A model generated the notes under the pieces. It searched no databases, was not told the DNA's origin, and saw nothing but the letters and a program-made list of their open reading frames with translations. Below are positions 27,432 through 37,097 of a stretch of 43,702 nt of DNA, one piece after another. This stretch comes from an uncultured Faecalibacterium sp. (lineage in GTDB: Bacteria; Bacillota; Clostridia; Oscillospirales; Ruminococcaceae). Where the stretch lies: the NCBI GenBank assembly GCA_964619455.1, contig CAZUDU010000001.1, positions 1 to 43,702 of the forward strand, written 5' to 3'. The stretch's first letter is position 1. Each line of letters begins with the position of its first letter. A program made the position numbers and the translations under genes.

Positions 27432-27791
27432 ATGGTTAAGCAGATCGACAAGAACGAAGCTCGTCTTCGTCGTCATCGCCGTGTTCGTAACAAGATCAGC
27501 GGCACCGCAGCACGTCCCCGTCTGGATGTTTTCCGCTCCGCCAAGCACATTTACGCTCAGATCATCGACGATGAGCAGGGCGTGACCCTGGTGTCGGCGT
27601 CCACTATGGACAAGGACTTCAACGGCAACGGTGGCAACATCGAGGCCGCAGCTGAGATCGGCAAGAAGGTCGCAGCAAAGGCTCTGGAAAAGGGCATCAC
27701 CGAGGTCGTTTTCGACCGTGGCGGTTACGTTTATCATGGCCGTGTTAAGGCCCTGGCTGATGGCGCCCGTGAGGGCGGCCTGAAGCTGTAA
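27432..27791 (+). CDS. rplR: 50S ribosomal protein L18
   Basis: RPRLDVFRS…[20 protein letters not shown]. Confidence 0.98.
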   Translation: MVKQIDKNEARLRRHRRVRNKISGTAARPRLDVFRSAKHIYAQIIDDEQGVTLVSASTMDKDFNGNGGNIEAAAEIGKKVAAKALEKGITEVVFDRGGYVYHGRVKALADGAREGGLKL

Positions 27792-27810
27792 TGAGAGGAG
27801 GAAACACATT

Positions 27811-28311
27811 ATGGCTATGAGAAACCGTGAAGACGACGGCATGATCACCAAGGTTGTCTCCATCAACCGCGTTTCCAAGACTGTCAAGGGCGGCCGCGTC
27901 ATGAAGTTCGCTGCTCTGGTTGTCGTGGGCGACGGCAAGGGCACCATCGGTTATGGCATCGGCAAGTCTGGCGAAGTGCCTGAGGCAATCCGCAAGGGCG
28001 AGGCAGCTGCTAAGAAGAACATGCACAAGATCGCCCTGAAGGGCACCACCATCCCCCACGAGATCGTCGGCAAGTACGGCGCTGGCGCCGTCCTGCTCAA
28101 GCCCGCTGCTGCTGGTACCGGCATGATCGCCGGCGGCCCGGTGCGTGCGGTCATTGAGGCTGCTGGCATCAAGGACATCCGTGCGAAGTCTATGCGTTCT
28201 AACAACCCCATCAACGTTGTTTCTGCTACCTTCGCAGGTCTGTGCGGCCTGGTCAGCGCGGAGTCCGTCGCTGAGAAGCGCGGCAAGACCGTGAAAGAAA
28301 TTCTGGGTTAA
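27811..28311 (+). CDS. rpsE: 30S ribosomal protein S5
   Basis: [12 protein letters not shown]…ALVVVGDG…IAGGPVRAV. Confidence 0.98.
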   Translation: MAMRNREDDGMITKVVSINRVSKTVKGGRVMKFAALVVVGDGKGTIGYGIGKSGEVPEAIRKGEAAAKKNMHKIALKGTTIPHEIVGKYGAGAVLLKPAAAGTGMIAGGPVRAVIEAAGIKDIRAKSMRSNNPINVVSATFAGLCGLVSAESVAEKRGKTVKEILG

Positions 28312-28325
28312 GGAGGTAACGGAAC

Positions 28326-28511
28326 ATGGCAGATAAGATGCTCAAGATCGAGCTGAAGAAGAGCCTGATTGGCCGCGGCGTGAAGCAGATCGCTACCGCT
28401 GAGGCTCTGGGCCTGAAGAAGCCGGGCGACGTTACCGTTCAGCCTGACAATGCCGCAACGCAGGGCAAGATCAAGAAGATCGGCTTCCTGCTGAGCGTCA
28501 CCGAAGCGTAA
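28326..28511 (+). CDS. rpmD: 50S ribosomal protein L30
   Basis: LKKSLIG…ALGLKK; position between rpsE and rplO. Confidence 0.96.
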   Translation: MADKMLKIELKKSLIGRGVKQIATAEALGLKKPGDVTVQPDNAATQGKIKKIGFLLSVTEA

Positions 28512-28529
28512 CAGCAGGGGGTACACGCA

Positions 28530-28970
28530 ATGAAGCTTCATGAATTACACGCGATTCCCGGCGCAAACAAGGCTGCTACCCGCAAGGGCCGCGGCATTGG
28601 CTCCGGCAATGGCAAGACTGCCGGCTACGGCAGCAAGGGCCAGAAGGCCCGTTCCGGCGTGAAGCACGCTGGTTTCGAGGGCGGCCAGATGCCTCTGGCA
28701 CGCCGCCTGCCCAAGGTTGGCTTTAACAACATCTTCGCTACCCAGTACGCCATCGTCAATGTGGCAGATCTGGAAGCTGCTTTCAACGCGGGCGACGTTG
28801 TCGATACCGATGCTCTGAAGGCAAAGGGTCTGGTCAAGAAGACCCTGGACGGTATTAAGGTCCTGGGCAACGGCGAGCTGACCAAGGCTCTGACCGTGAA
28901 GGCCGCAGCCTATTCCGCTTCTGCCAAAGAGAAAATCGAGAAGGCAGGCGGAAAGGCTGAGGTGATGTAA
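28530..28970 (+). CDS. rplO: 50S ribosomal protein L15
   Basis: GRGIGSGNGKT…FEGGQMPLARRLPK. Confidence 0.98.
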   Translation: MKLHELHAIPGANKAATRKGRGIGSGNGKTAGYGSKGQKARSGVKHAGFEGGQMPLARRLPKVGFNNIFATQYAIVNVADLEAAFNAGDVVDTDALKAKGLVKKTLDGIKVLGNGELTKALTVKAAAYSASAKEKIEKAGGKAEVM

Positions 28971-28971
28971 G

Positions 28972-30267
28972 GTGTTCCAAACATTCCGTAACGCATGGAA
29001 GATCCCCGAGCTCAAAAATCGTCTTCTGTTCACGCTGGCGATCCTCGTGGTGTACCGTCTGGGCTGTGCCATCCCTGTTCCGTTTGTCTCTGACGTTGCT
29101 CTGTCGGCAATGTTTGCAAACGGCGACATGCTCTCGTATCTGAATATGATGAGCGGTGGTGCCCTGGCCCGCTGCACGCTCTTCGCGTTAGGTGTGACAC
29201 CCTATATCAACGCCTCCATTATTGTGCAGCTTCTCACCGTTGCGATCCCTGCGCTGGAAAATCTGGCAAAGGAAGCCGACGGTCAGCAGAAGATGCAGCA
29301 GATCAACCGGTACGCTGGTGCCGTGATCGCTCTGATCATGAGCATTGGTTACTACTTTGTGATCCGCAATATGGGCGCACTGAAGTACACTTCCGGCGCA
29401 GCCGGCGTCTTCGCCGCTGTGGTCATCATTGCTTCCTTCGTAGCAGGCAGCCAGCTGGTTACCTGGTGCGGCGAGCAGATCGATGACAAGGGTATCGGCA
29501 ACGGTATCTCTCTCCTGATTTTTGCTTCGATCGTTTCCAACTGGTCCTCCCTGTACACCACTGTGGCTGGTCTGCTGACCCGCGCAGCGGCTGGGGAGCC
29601 CCAGTTCTACATCCTGCTGCCGCTGCTGCTGGTCCTGGCGCTGGTCGCTGTTGTGTTCGTTGTTATCATGACGAACGCAGAGCGCCGCATCACCATCCAG
29701 TACGCAAAGCGTGTGGTGGGCCGCAAGCAGATGGGCGGTCAGAACAGCTACCTGCCCCTGAAGCTGAACATGAGCGGCGTTATGCCCATCATCTTCGCTT
29801 CTGCTCTGGTCTCGATCCCTGGTACGATCGGCAGCTTCCTGCAGATCGATCAGGCAGCACATCCGGTGTGGTATGCATTCTTCCATACCTTCAATTACAC
29901 CTCCTGGCTGTACGTCGTGATCTACCTGCTGCTGATCCTGGCATTCAACTACTTCTATGTAGCCCTGCAGTACAACCCCGTTGAGATCGCTAACAATCTG
30001 CGCCGCAACAACGGCTCGATCCCCGGCTTCCGTCCCGGCAAGCCGACCAGCGATTTCATCACCCGCACCCTGAACAAGATCACCCTCATCGGCGCGATCT
30101 TCCTGGCTGCGGTGGCAGTGCTGCCGATCATTCTGGGCAACCTGACCGGTATGAGCATCCAGCTGGGCGGTACCAGCCTGCTGATCGTGGTCGGTGTGGC
30201 ACTCGATACCACCCGCAGCCTCGACAGCTTCATGACGATGCGCAACCACAAGGGTTTCCTCGGTTGA
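28972..30267 (+). CDS. secY: Preprotein translocase subunit SecY
   Basis: FALGVTPYINASII, GIGNGISL, SGVMPIIFA, IPGFRPG, GGTSLLIVVGV. Confidence 0.98.
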   Translation: MFQTFRNAWKIPELKNRLLFTLAILVVYRLGCAIPVPFVSDVALSAMFANGDMLSYLNMMSGGALARCTLFALGVTPYINASIIVQLLTVAIPALENLAKEADGQQKMQQINRYAGAVIALIMSIGYYFVIRNMGALKYTSGAAGVFAAVVIIASFVAGSQLVTWCGEQIDDKGIGNGISLLIFASIVSNWSSLYTTVAGLLTRAAAGEPQFYILLPLLLVLALVAVVFVVIMTNAERRITIQYAKRVVGRKQMGGQNSYLPLKLNMSGVMPIIFASALVSIPGTIGSFLQIDQAAHPVWYAFFHTFNYTSWLYVVIYLLLILAFNYFYVALQYNPVEIANNLRRNNGSIPGFRPGKPTSDFITRTLNKITLIGAIFLAAVAVLPIILGNLTGMSIQLGGTSLLIVVGVALDTTRSLDSFMTMRNHKGFLG

Positions 30268-30291
30268 TCCTAACACAATAACTGATGCGAG

Positions 30292-30337
30292 AAAGCACTG
30301 GAAAGGAGAGTACGCTCAGACTTTTCAGTGCTTTTTT
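30292..30337 (+). terminator. Terminator-like hairpin between secY and adk
   Basis: AAAGCACTGGAAAG/CTTTTCAGTGCTTT stem with a large loop and a T-run. Confidence 0.6.
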
Positions 30338-30393
30338 GTTTTGAATCAGACAATATCAATGAACTTGTCCTGAAAAAGGAAAGGAGCTATCTT

Positions 30394-31026
30394 ATGAATC
30401 TGATCCTGTTGGGCGCACCCGGTGCCGGCAAAGGCACTCAGGCAGAGATCATCTGTGCAAAGCTGAACATCCCCTCGATCAGCACGGGCAACATCCTGCG
30501 CGCCGCTGTCAAGGAAGGCACCGAGATGGGCCTGAAGGCAAAGAGCTTTATGGATGCAGGCGCGCTGGTGCCCGATGAAGTCATCATCGGCATCCTGAAC
30601 GAGCGTCTGGCACAGGCAGACTGCGCAAATGGTTTCATTCTGGACGGTGTGCCCCGTACCATTGCACAGGCGGAGGCCATCGAGACGATGGGCATCCGCA
30701 TCGACAAGGTGCTGGAGCTGCAGGTCGAGGATGCTGTGATCGTGGAGCGCATGAGCGGCCGCCGTGTCTGCGAGAAGTGCGGCGCAAGCTACCACATCAT
30801 CAATAAGAAGAGCAAGACGGAAGGTGTCTGCGACTGCTGCGGCGGTGCGATTGTCATCCGCAAGGACGACCAGCCCGAGACCGTGCTGGATCGCCTGAAG
30901 GCATATCACGAGCAGACCGAGCCGCTGGTAGAGTTCTACCGCAGCCGCGGCAAGCTGGCGGAGATCAAGTTCTGCCCCTCCATTGAGGAGACTACGGCAG
31001 AAGTCATGAAGGCTTTGGAGGCGTAA
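30394..31026 (+). CDS. adk: Adenylate kinase (zinc-LID type)
   Basis: LLGAPGAGKGTQA; LID CEKC…CDCC; AAAGGAG RBS. Confidence 0.97.
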   Translation: MNLILLGAPGAGKGTQAEIICAKLNIPSISTGNILRAAVKEGTEMGLKAKSFMDAGALVPDEVIIGILNERLAQADCANGFILDGVPRTIAQAEAIETMGIRIDKVLELQVEDAVIVERMSGRRVCEKCGASYHIINKKSKTEGVCDCCGGAIVIRKDDQPETVLDRLKAYHEQTEPLVEFYRSRGKLAEIKFCPSIEETTAEVMKALEA

Positions 31027-31028
31027 TC

Positions 31029-31802
31029 GTGATCCAGATCAAGAATGCAAAAGAATTGGACGGTATGCGCCGTGCCAATGCTTTGAGCGCCGCAGCCCTG
31101 AAATACGCCGGGGAGCATATCGAAGCCGGTATGACGACCTGGGAGCTGGATAAGCTCATCTATGATTTCATCATCAAGCACGGCGGCAAGCCCAACTTCA
31201 AGGGGCTGTACGGCTTCCCCGGTTCGGCATGCATCAGCCTGAATGATACGGTCATCCATGGCATCCCCTCCAAGTCGGAGGTCATCCGTCCGGGCGACAT
31301 CGTCAGCATCGACACCGGTGCCAAGATCGACGGCTTCAACGGCGACAACGCCTGCACTTATGCGGTGGGCAAGGTCGATCTGGAGGCGCAGCGTCTGCTG
31401 GAGGTCACCAAGGAAGCGCTGCATCTGGGCATTGCGCAGGCTGTGGCGGGCAACCGTGTGGGCGATATCGGCTATGCGGTGCAGACCTACTGCGAGAACG
31501 CAGGCTTCTCGGTGGTGCGGGACTTTGTCGGTCATGGTACCGGCAAGGAGCTGCACGAGGATCCGGAGATCCCCAACTTTGGTCACGCAGGCCGCGGCCC
31601 GCGTCTGGTGCCGGGCATGACCATCGCGATCGAGCCGATGATCTGCCAGTACGATTACAAGGTGCATCAGCTGGCCGATGGATGGACCATCAAGACGAAG
31701 GACGGCGGTCTGGCTGCCCACTTTGAGCATTCGGTGGCGATCCTGAAGGACCGTACTGAGATCATGACCATCGGCTGGGAGGACCCCAATTTCACCCTGT
31801 GA
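31029..31802 (+). CDS. map: Type I methionine aminopeptidase
   Basis: CISLNDTVIHGIP, GHGTGKELHEDP, IAIEPM, AHFEHSV. Confidence 0.97.
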   Translation: MIQIKNAKELDGMRRANALSAAALKYAGEHIEAGMTTWELDKLIYDFIIKHGGKPNFKGLYGFPGSACISLNDTVIHGIPSKSEVIRPGDIVSIDTGAKIDGFNGDNACTYAVGKVDLEAQRLLEVTKEALHLGIAQAVAGNRVGDIGYAVQTYCENAGFSVVRDFVGHGTGKELHEDPEIPNFGHAGRGPRLVPGMTIAIEPMICQYDYKVHQLADGWTIKTKDGGLAAHFEHSVAILKDRTEIMTIGWEDPNFTL

Positions 31803-31946
31803 TGCCGGAAAGAGTCTGACTTTGTGCATTTCTTACAAGAAATTTTGAAAAAGTTTGGCTTTCCCCACATAGGTGTGCAGAACATTTCCGAAATTTCCGC
31901 CTTTGAAAAAAGGCGGAAATTTTTATCGGAAATACGGAAAAAACTC

Positions 31947-31975
31947 TTGCAAAATGCGGACAAAAGGTGTATAAT
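31947..31975 (+). promoter_or_regulatory. sigma-A promoter of infA-rpmJ-alpha operon
   Basis: TTGCAA-17bp-TATAAT with an A-rich upstream region. Confidence 0.8.
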
Positions 31976-32250
31976 CTATAAATGGCTGTGGGAGCCAGAT
32001 ACTTCCTCGACGGACAGGGATACTCTGCCCGTTTTGCGGATTTTGTGCCGCAGGAGATGAAGTATGTGGCGTTCATCGCCGCCTGTCCGTCCGCGGATCG
32101 GCTTTGAAGCAGCTCGGCCCGGCAAGCCGCTTGCACAAAGGTACGCACAAAATGTGTTCCGTATGTGTGAGGAGGAAGCAGGGGAGAGCAGCAACAAGAC
32201 GGGACGCGATCCATGACAAACTGAGCAGATCCAATGAGGAGGCAATTAGC

Positions 32251-32502
32251 TTGTCTAAAGAAGACGTCATCGAAATCGAAGGCATTGTGCGTGAAGCCAT
32301 GCCCAACGCCATCTTTAAGGTGGAAATGTTGAGCGAGGACAAGAACACCGGGAAGCTCACTCCCAGCGGTCACATCCTCTTAGCGCACATCTCCGGCAAG
32401 CTGCGGACCAATTTCATCCGTATCCTGCCCGGGGACAAGGTTACCGTGGAAATGTCGCCCTATGATCTTTCTAAGGGCCGCATCACCTGGCGTTCCAAGT
32501 AA
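32251..32502 (+). CDS. infA: Translation initiation factor IF-1 (83 aa, with an insertion)
   Basis: TTG start after GAGGAGG; [10 protein letters not shown]…LAHISGKLR…ILPGDKV…SPYDL. Confidence 0.96.
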   Translation: MSKEDVIEIEGIVREAMPNAIFKVEMLSEDKNTGKLTPSGHILLAHISGKLRTNFIRILPGDKVTVEMSPYDLSKGRITWRSK

Positions 32503-32540
32503 GGAACATCAGGGAATCAACCAAAAGGAGGTTCAACATC

Positions 32541-32654
32541 ATGAAGGTCAGCCCTTCCGTGAAACCCATCTGCGAAAAGTGCAAGGTCATCCGCCGCAAA
32601 GGCCGCGTGATGGTCATCTGCCAGAACCCCAAGCATAAGCAGCGCCAGGGCTAA
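32541..32654 (+). CDS. rpmJ: 50S ribosomal protein L36 (zinc-ribbon type), below the ORF-track size cutoff
   Basis: Translated by hand: [37 protein letters not shown]; AAGGAGG RBS. Confidence 0.97.
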   Translation: MKVSPSVKPICEKCKVIRRKGRVMVICQNPKHKQRQG

Positions 32655-32736
32655 TTCGGGCGCCTGGGGGTCAAGTGCGTAGAGTCCCGGCGCAGACCCC
32701 GACACTGACATGGGATGATTTTTGGAGGATACTACT

Positions 32737-33108
32737 ATGGCACGTATTGCCGGCGTTGACCTGCCCCGCGAGAAGCGCGTTCAGGTGGGTCTCACCTACG
32801 TTTATGGTATCGGTCAGACCACTGCTAACAAGATCCTGGAAGCAACTGGCATCAACCCCGATACCCGCGTCAAGGACCTGACTCTGGAAGAAGAGGCTAA
32901 GATCCGTGACTACATCGATCAGGCTAACATCATCGTTGAGGGCGACCTGCGCCGCAACGTTGCTCTGGACATCAAGCGCCTGGTTGAGATCCAGTCTTTC
33001 CGTGGCACTCGCCACCGCAAGAACCTGCCCTGCCGCGGCCAGCGCACCAAGACCAATGCTCGTACCTGCAAGGGTCCCAAGCGCACTGTCGCTAACAAGA
33101 AGAAGTAA
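32737..33108 (+). CDS. rpsM: 30S ribosomal protein S13
   Basis: [10 protein letters not shown]…[11 protein letters not shown]. Confidence 0.98.
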   Translation: MARIAGVDLPREKRVQVGLTYVYGIGQTTANKILEATGINPDTRVKDLTLEEEAKIRDYIDQANIIVEGDLRRNVALDIKRLVEIQSFRGTRHRKNLPCRGQRTKTNARTCKGPKRTVANKKK

Positions 33109-33123
33109 GGAGGAAATTGCGAA

Positions 33124-33534
33124 ATGGCAAGTGCAAATAACGCTAAGAAGGGCGCTAATGTCCGCATGAAGCGCAAAGAGCGTAAGAATATCGCAGCTGG
33201 TCAGGCTCATATTCAGTCTACCTTCAACAACACTGTTGTCACCATCACCGACCTGCAGGGTAATGCAGTGTCCTGGTGCTCCTCCGGCTCCCTGAACTTC
33301 CGCGGCAGCCGCAAGAGCACTCCGTTCGCAGCTCAGTCTGCTGCTGAGACCGCTGCGAAGGTCGCGATCGAGCATGGCATGAAGACTGTTGAAGTCTACG
33401 TCAAGGGCCCCGGCGCTGGCCGTGAGTCCGCTATCCGTGCGCTTCAGGCTACCGGCCTGGAAGTCACCCTGATCAAGGACGTGACTCCCATCCCCCACAA
33501 CGGTTGCCGTCCCCCGAAGCGCCGTCGTGTCTGA
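33124..33534 (+). CDS. rpsK: 30S ribosomal protein S11
   Basis: HIQSTFNNT…RKSTPFAAQ…[18 protein letters not shown]. Confidence 0.98.
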   Translation: MASANNAKKGANVRMKRKERKNIAAGQAHIQSTFNNTVVTITDLQGNAVSWCSSGSLNFRGSRKSTPFAAQSAAETAAKVAIEHGMKTVEVYVKGPGAGRESAIRALQATGLEVTLIKDVTPIPHNGCRPPKRRRV

Positions 33535-33554
33535 TCGAAGGAGGAAATTGAATT

Positions 33555-34157
33555 ATGGCAAAGAATACGCAGCCTATCGCAAAGCGTTGCAAGGCCCTGG
33601 GCATTTCTCCTGCGGTCATGGGCTATGCAAAGAAGAATACCACCCGCAACTCCGGCAACAACATGCGCAAGAAGCAGTCTGAGTACGCTCTGCAGCTGAA
33701 GGAGAAGCAGAAGGTCAAGTTCATCTACGGCGTTCTGGAGAAGCAGTTCCACAACGCTTACCTGAAGGCAGAGTCTCGCCCCGGCAAGACCGGTGAGAAC
33801 CTGCTCCAGATCATGGAGTGCCGTCTGGACAACGTCGTGTTCCGCCTGGGCTTTGCTCAGACCCGCCGCGACGCTCGCCAGCTGACCTCTCACGCTCACT
33901 TCACCGTCAACGGCAAGAAGGTCAACATCCCCTCTTACCAGGTGAAGGCAGGCGACGTGATCGAAGTTCGTGAGTCCAGCCGTTCTTCTGCAAAGTTTGC
34001 AAAGCTGGTTGGCCCCGAGGCTCCCGTTGTTGCTCTGCCCGCATGGCTGAACCGTGAGGCAGGCACCCTGAAGGGCATCGTCGCAAAGCTGCCCGAGCGC
34101 AGCGACATCGACTACGAGGTTGCAGAGCACCTCATCGTCGAGCTGTACTCCAAGTAA
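33555..34157 (+). CDS. rpsD: 30S ribosomal protein S4
   Basis: SEYALQLKEKQK…RLDNVVFRLG…IVELYSK. Confidence 0.98.
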   Translation: MAKNTQPIAKRCKALGISPAVMGYAKKNTTRNSGNNMRKKQSEYALQLKEKQKVKFIYGVLEKQFHNAYLKAESRPGKTGENLLQIMECRLDNVVFRLGFAQTRRDARQLTSHAHFTVNGKKVNIPSYQVKAGDVIEVRESSRSSAKFAKLVGPEAPVVALPAWLNREAGTLKGIVAKLPERSDIDYEVAEHLIVELYSK

Positions 34158-34267
34158 TCCATTAAGAAGGACGAGCCTCCTTACTGGATGGCTATCTTTC
34201 GCATTCTTTTTTGAAAGAATTCATAATGGGCCGGTGGATGCACCGGTTTGACAAGGAGGGCATAGAT

Positions 34268-35224
34268 ATGATGGAGATTGAACGTCCCAAAATCGAAACG
34301 GCAAGCCTGTCCCCGGACGGTCGCTACGGCAAATTCGTGGCAGAGCCTCTGGAGCGTGGCTTTGGCATCACACTGGGCAATAGCCTGCGTCGTGTGCTTC
34401 TTTCCTCTCTGCCCGGTGTCGCCGTGACCAGCGTCAAGATCGATGGCGTTGTTCACGAGTTCTCCACCATTGAGGGCGTCAAGGAAGACGTTACCGAAAT
34501 TGTCCTGAACCTGAAGGGTATCGCTGCAAAGCTGTACACGGAAGGCTCGAAGACAGTGCGTGTTGAGGCAATTGGCCCCTGTGAGGTCACCGCTGAAAAC
34601 ATCAACAAGGGCGATGATATCGAAATTCTGAACCCTGAGTGGCACATTGCAACCCTGGGCGAGGGCGCTAAGCTCGTCATGGAGCTGACCTTCGACAGAG
34701 GCCGCGGTTATGTGCCCGCAGAGCGCAACAAACAGGCTATCATCGAGAAGAATGATATCAACACTCTTCCCGTTGACAGCATTTACACCCCTGTGCTCAA
34801 GGTGAATTATAACGTCGAGAGCACTCGTGTTGGTCAGGCGATCGATTACGATAAGCTGACGATCGAAGTTTGGACGGATGGCACGATCAATGCGCAGGAG
34901 GCCGTTTCTCTGGCTGCCCGCGTGCTGACCGAGCACCTGAACCTGTTCGTCAACCTGTCGGACGAGGCTGCCGGCGCAGAGATCATGGTTGAAAAGACCA
35001 ACGACGACAAGGAGAAGGCTCTGGAGATGACCATCGAAGAGCTGGATCTGAGCGTGCGTTCCTTCAACTGCCTCAAGCGCGCAGGCATCAACACGGTGGA
35101 AGATCTGGTCAGCAAGAGCGAGGACGAAATGATGAAGGTTCGTAACCTCGGTCGTAAGAGCCTGGAGGAAGTCATGGCAAAGCTGGACTCCCTCGGCTTC
35201 AAGCTGAGCTCGGATGAGGACTAA
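34268..35224 (+). CDS. rpoA: RNA polymerase alpha subunit
   Basis: [22 protein letters not shown]…[16 protein letters not shown]…NLGRKS; AAGGAGG RBS. Confidence 0.98.
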   Translation: MMEIERPKIETASLSPDGRYGKFVAEPLERGFGITLGNSLRRVLLSSLPGVAVTSVKIDGVVHEFSTIEGVKEDVTEIVLNLKGIAAKLYTEGSKTVRVEAIGPCEVTAENINKGDDIEILNPEWHIATLGEGAKLVMELTFDRGRGYVPAERNKQAIIEKNDINTLPVDSIYTPVLKVNYNVESTRVGQAIDYDKLTIEVWTDGTINAQEAVSLAARVLTEHLNLFVNLSDEAAGAEIMVEKTNDDKEKALEMTIEELDLSVRSFNCLKRAGINTVEDLVSKSEDEMMKVRNLGRKSLEEVMAKLDSLGFKLSSDED

Positions 35225-35251
35225 TTAGATTAATTTAAGGAGTGAAACGGG

Positions 35252-35593
35252 ATGCCCGGTACCAGAAAGCTCGGTAGAACCAGCGACAGCCGCAAAGCTA
35301 TGATGCGCGCTATGGTTACCTACCTGTTAGAGAATGGCAAGATTGAGACCACTGTCACTCGCGCTAAGGACGTTCGTTCCATGGCCGAGAAGATGATCAC
35401 CCTTGGCAAGGCAAGCGACCTGCACACCAAGCGTCAGGTTTATGCTTATATCACCAAGGAAGATGTTGCAAAGAAGCTGTTTGATGAGATCAGCCCCAAG
35501 TACGCTGACCGCAACGGCGGCTACACCCGCATCATCAAGATCGGCGCTCGCCGCGGCGATGCTGCTGAGATGGCAGTTCTGGAGCTCGTCTAA
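35252..35593 (+). CDS. rplQ: 50S ribosomal protein L17
   Basis: RKLGR…IETTVTRAK…RNGGYTRI…RRGDAA. Confidence 0.98.
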   Translation: MPGTRKLGRTSDSRKAMMRAMVTYLLENGKIETTVTRAKDVRSMAEKMITLGKASDLHTKRQVYAYITKEDVAKKLFDEISPKYADRNGGYTRIIKIGARRGDAAEMAVLELV

Positions 35594-35621
35594 TCGACTC
35601 TGACTGTATAAACAGTGATAG

Positions 35622-35660
35622 AACACCCTTTCCCAGAGATGGGAGAGGGTGTTTTTGTTT
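35622..35660 (+). terminator. Alpha-operon terminator
   Basis: AACACCCTTTCCCA-GAGA-TGGGAGAGGGTGTT followed by TTTGTTT. Confidence 0.85.
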
Positions 35661-35763
35661 TGGCAGGCGAGGAAATCGGTATTGGAATTGCGGGTTTGGC
35701 GTGATATACTTAAACTAGTGTAGTTTTGGGCAAAACAGCTTTTTGCCAAAGGAGGGAACGCGG

Positions 35764-37077
35764 TTGAAGATCTTGCAACAGGGATGGCGGCTGCTGGCAG
35801 TCATGCTGCTCTGCGCTGCACTGGCGGGCTGTACCGCAGCATTCCCCTCCGACAAGACTCCGGTGGAGGAGCTTCTGCGTGCGCCGCGCCTGTCCGGCGA
35901 TTACGGCGATGTGCAGGCGGCGCTGAATGATTGGCTGGGACAGAGCGCTCAGCTCAAATACCCGATCGAAGGGGAGCTTCTTTCCCCGTTCGTTTTGCAG
36001 GATCTGGACGGTGACGGCCAGCAGGATGCGGCGGTGCTGTATACGACTGCGCAAAGCCCGAATGTCTGCATCGCTGTGCTGCAAAAGAACGATGCGGGAG
36101 AATGGAAGGTGCGCCAGAACGTGGAAGGTCTGGCAGAGACGGTGGAGCGGGTCAGCCTGGCGCAGCTCCAGTCCGGTGAGGAGCGGCAGCTCGTCGTGGG
36201 GTATACCGCCGCGCAGGGCGATCGTTATCTTGCGGTATATTCTTATAAAAACGGACAGCTGCTCGTCATTCTGGAGCAGCAGTACGAGCAGTATCTGGTG
36301 GAAGACATCACCGGCGGGGGAAATCAGGACCTGATCCTGATGTCACCGCAGGAGACCGGCAGTGTGCAGATCGAGCTGCTGACCGTAGACCGTGACGGGA
36401 TGTTCCAGCAGGTGGCGGTGATGGGGCTTTCGGCGGATAAATTCTCCGGCTGTGCCTCGGTGGCGGCGGGCGTTGGCTCGGACAGCAAGCACTATCTGGT
36501 GCTGGACGGCTACACCGGCATCTCCGGCAACAACCTTGCCTCGGTGCTGCTGCGCTTTGATGAAACGCTGCGGCAGATGGTGCCGGCGACCCGCATCAGT
36601 GCGGACAACCTCTACACGGCCTCCCTGCGCAATGTGCCGGGGCTGGTCAGCCGGGATCTGGACCGGGACGGCATCGTGGAGATCCCGACCCAGCCGGACG
36701 AAGCGGGTCTGATGAACCTGAGCCAGAGCCGCCGCATGGATTTTATCGTCTGGATGGATTATACCAACCGCAAGCCGGAAAAGAGCTTTGGTCTGCTGGA
36801 CGAAGAGACCAATTGTTACATTGAACTGCCGATGGAGTGGGAGGGCAACCTCAAGCTGACCGACAGCGAGCAATACGAAGGTGCAGTGGAGCTGCGCACC
36901 GTGGACGAGGACAAGCTTGTGATGACGGTGCGTCTGGCCCCCACGGCAGCAAACTCTGCGGGCTGGACCCGTCTTGGCATCGTGGCGTCCCGCCAGATGC
37001 AGGCGAAGCTGGCACCGGACGCAGTGATCACGGACAAGAGCTACCGGCTGTCCAAGGCACTGCATCTGTTGAACTAA
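35764..37077 (+). CDS. Lipoprotein with FG-GAP/VCBS-like Ca-binding repeats, upstream of the two-component system
   Basis: TTG start after AAGGAGG; signal peptide with lipobox LAGC; DLDGDG, DITGGG and DLDRDG motifs. Confidence 0.8.
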   Translation: MKILQQGWRLLAVMLLCAALAGCTAAFPSDKTPVEELLRAPRLSGDYGDVQAALNDWLGQSAQLKYPIEGELLSPFVLQDLDGDGQQDAAVLYTTAQSPNVCIAVLQKNDAGEWKVRQNVEGLAETVERVSLAQLQSGEERQLVVGYTAAQGDRYLAVYSYKNGQLLVILEQQYEQYLVEDITGGGNQDLILMSPQETGSVQIELLTVDRDGMFQQVAVMGLSADKFSGCASVAAGVGSDSKHYLVLDGYTGISGNNLASVLLRFDETLRQMVPATRISADNLYTASLRNVPGLVSRDLDRDGIVEIPTQPDEAGLMNLSQSRRMDFIVWMDYTNRKPEKSFGLLDEETNCYIELPMEWEGNLKLTDSEQYEGAVELRTVDEDKLVMTVRLAPTAANSAGWTRLGIVASRQMQAKLAPDAVITDKSYRLSKALHLLN

Positions 37078-37097
37078 AAAACGGAGGAAATGTTTTT

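Noticed and set aside
32104-32250. 49-aa N-terminal extension of IF-1 in the ORF track, and a tiny [20 protein letters not shown] as a KOW-gene remnant
   Set aside because: A strong SD precedes TTG 32251, which matches the canonical IF-1 start. The GRD resemblance is too short to be meaningful.
32550-32552. Ser at position 4 of L36 (MKVSPS rather than MKVRPS/MKVKPS)
   Set aside because: A single substitution that cannot be distinguished from strain variation or sequencing error.
25254-32654. Zinc-binding forms of L24, S14, Adk and L36
   Set aside because: These are ordinary for Clostridia.
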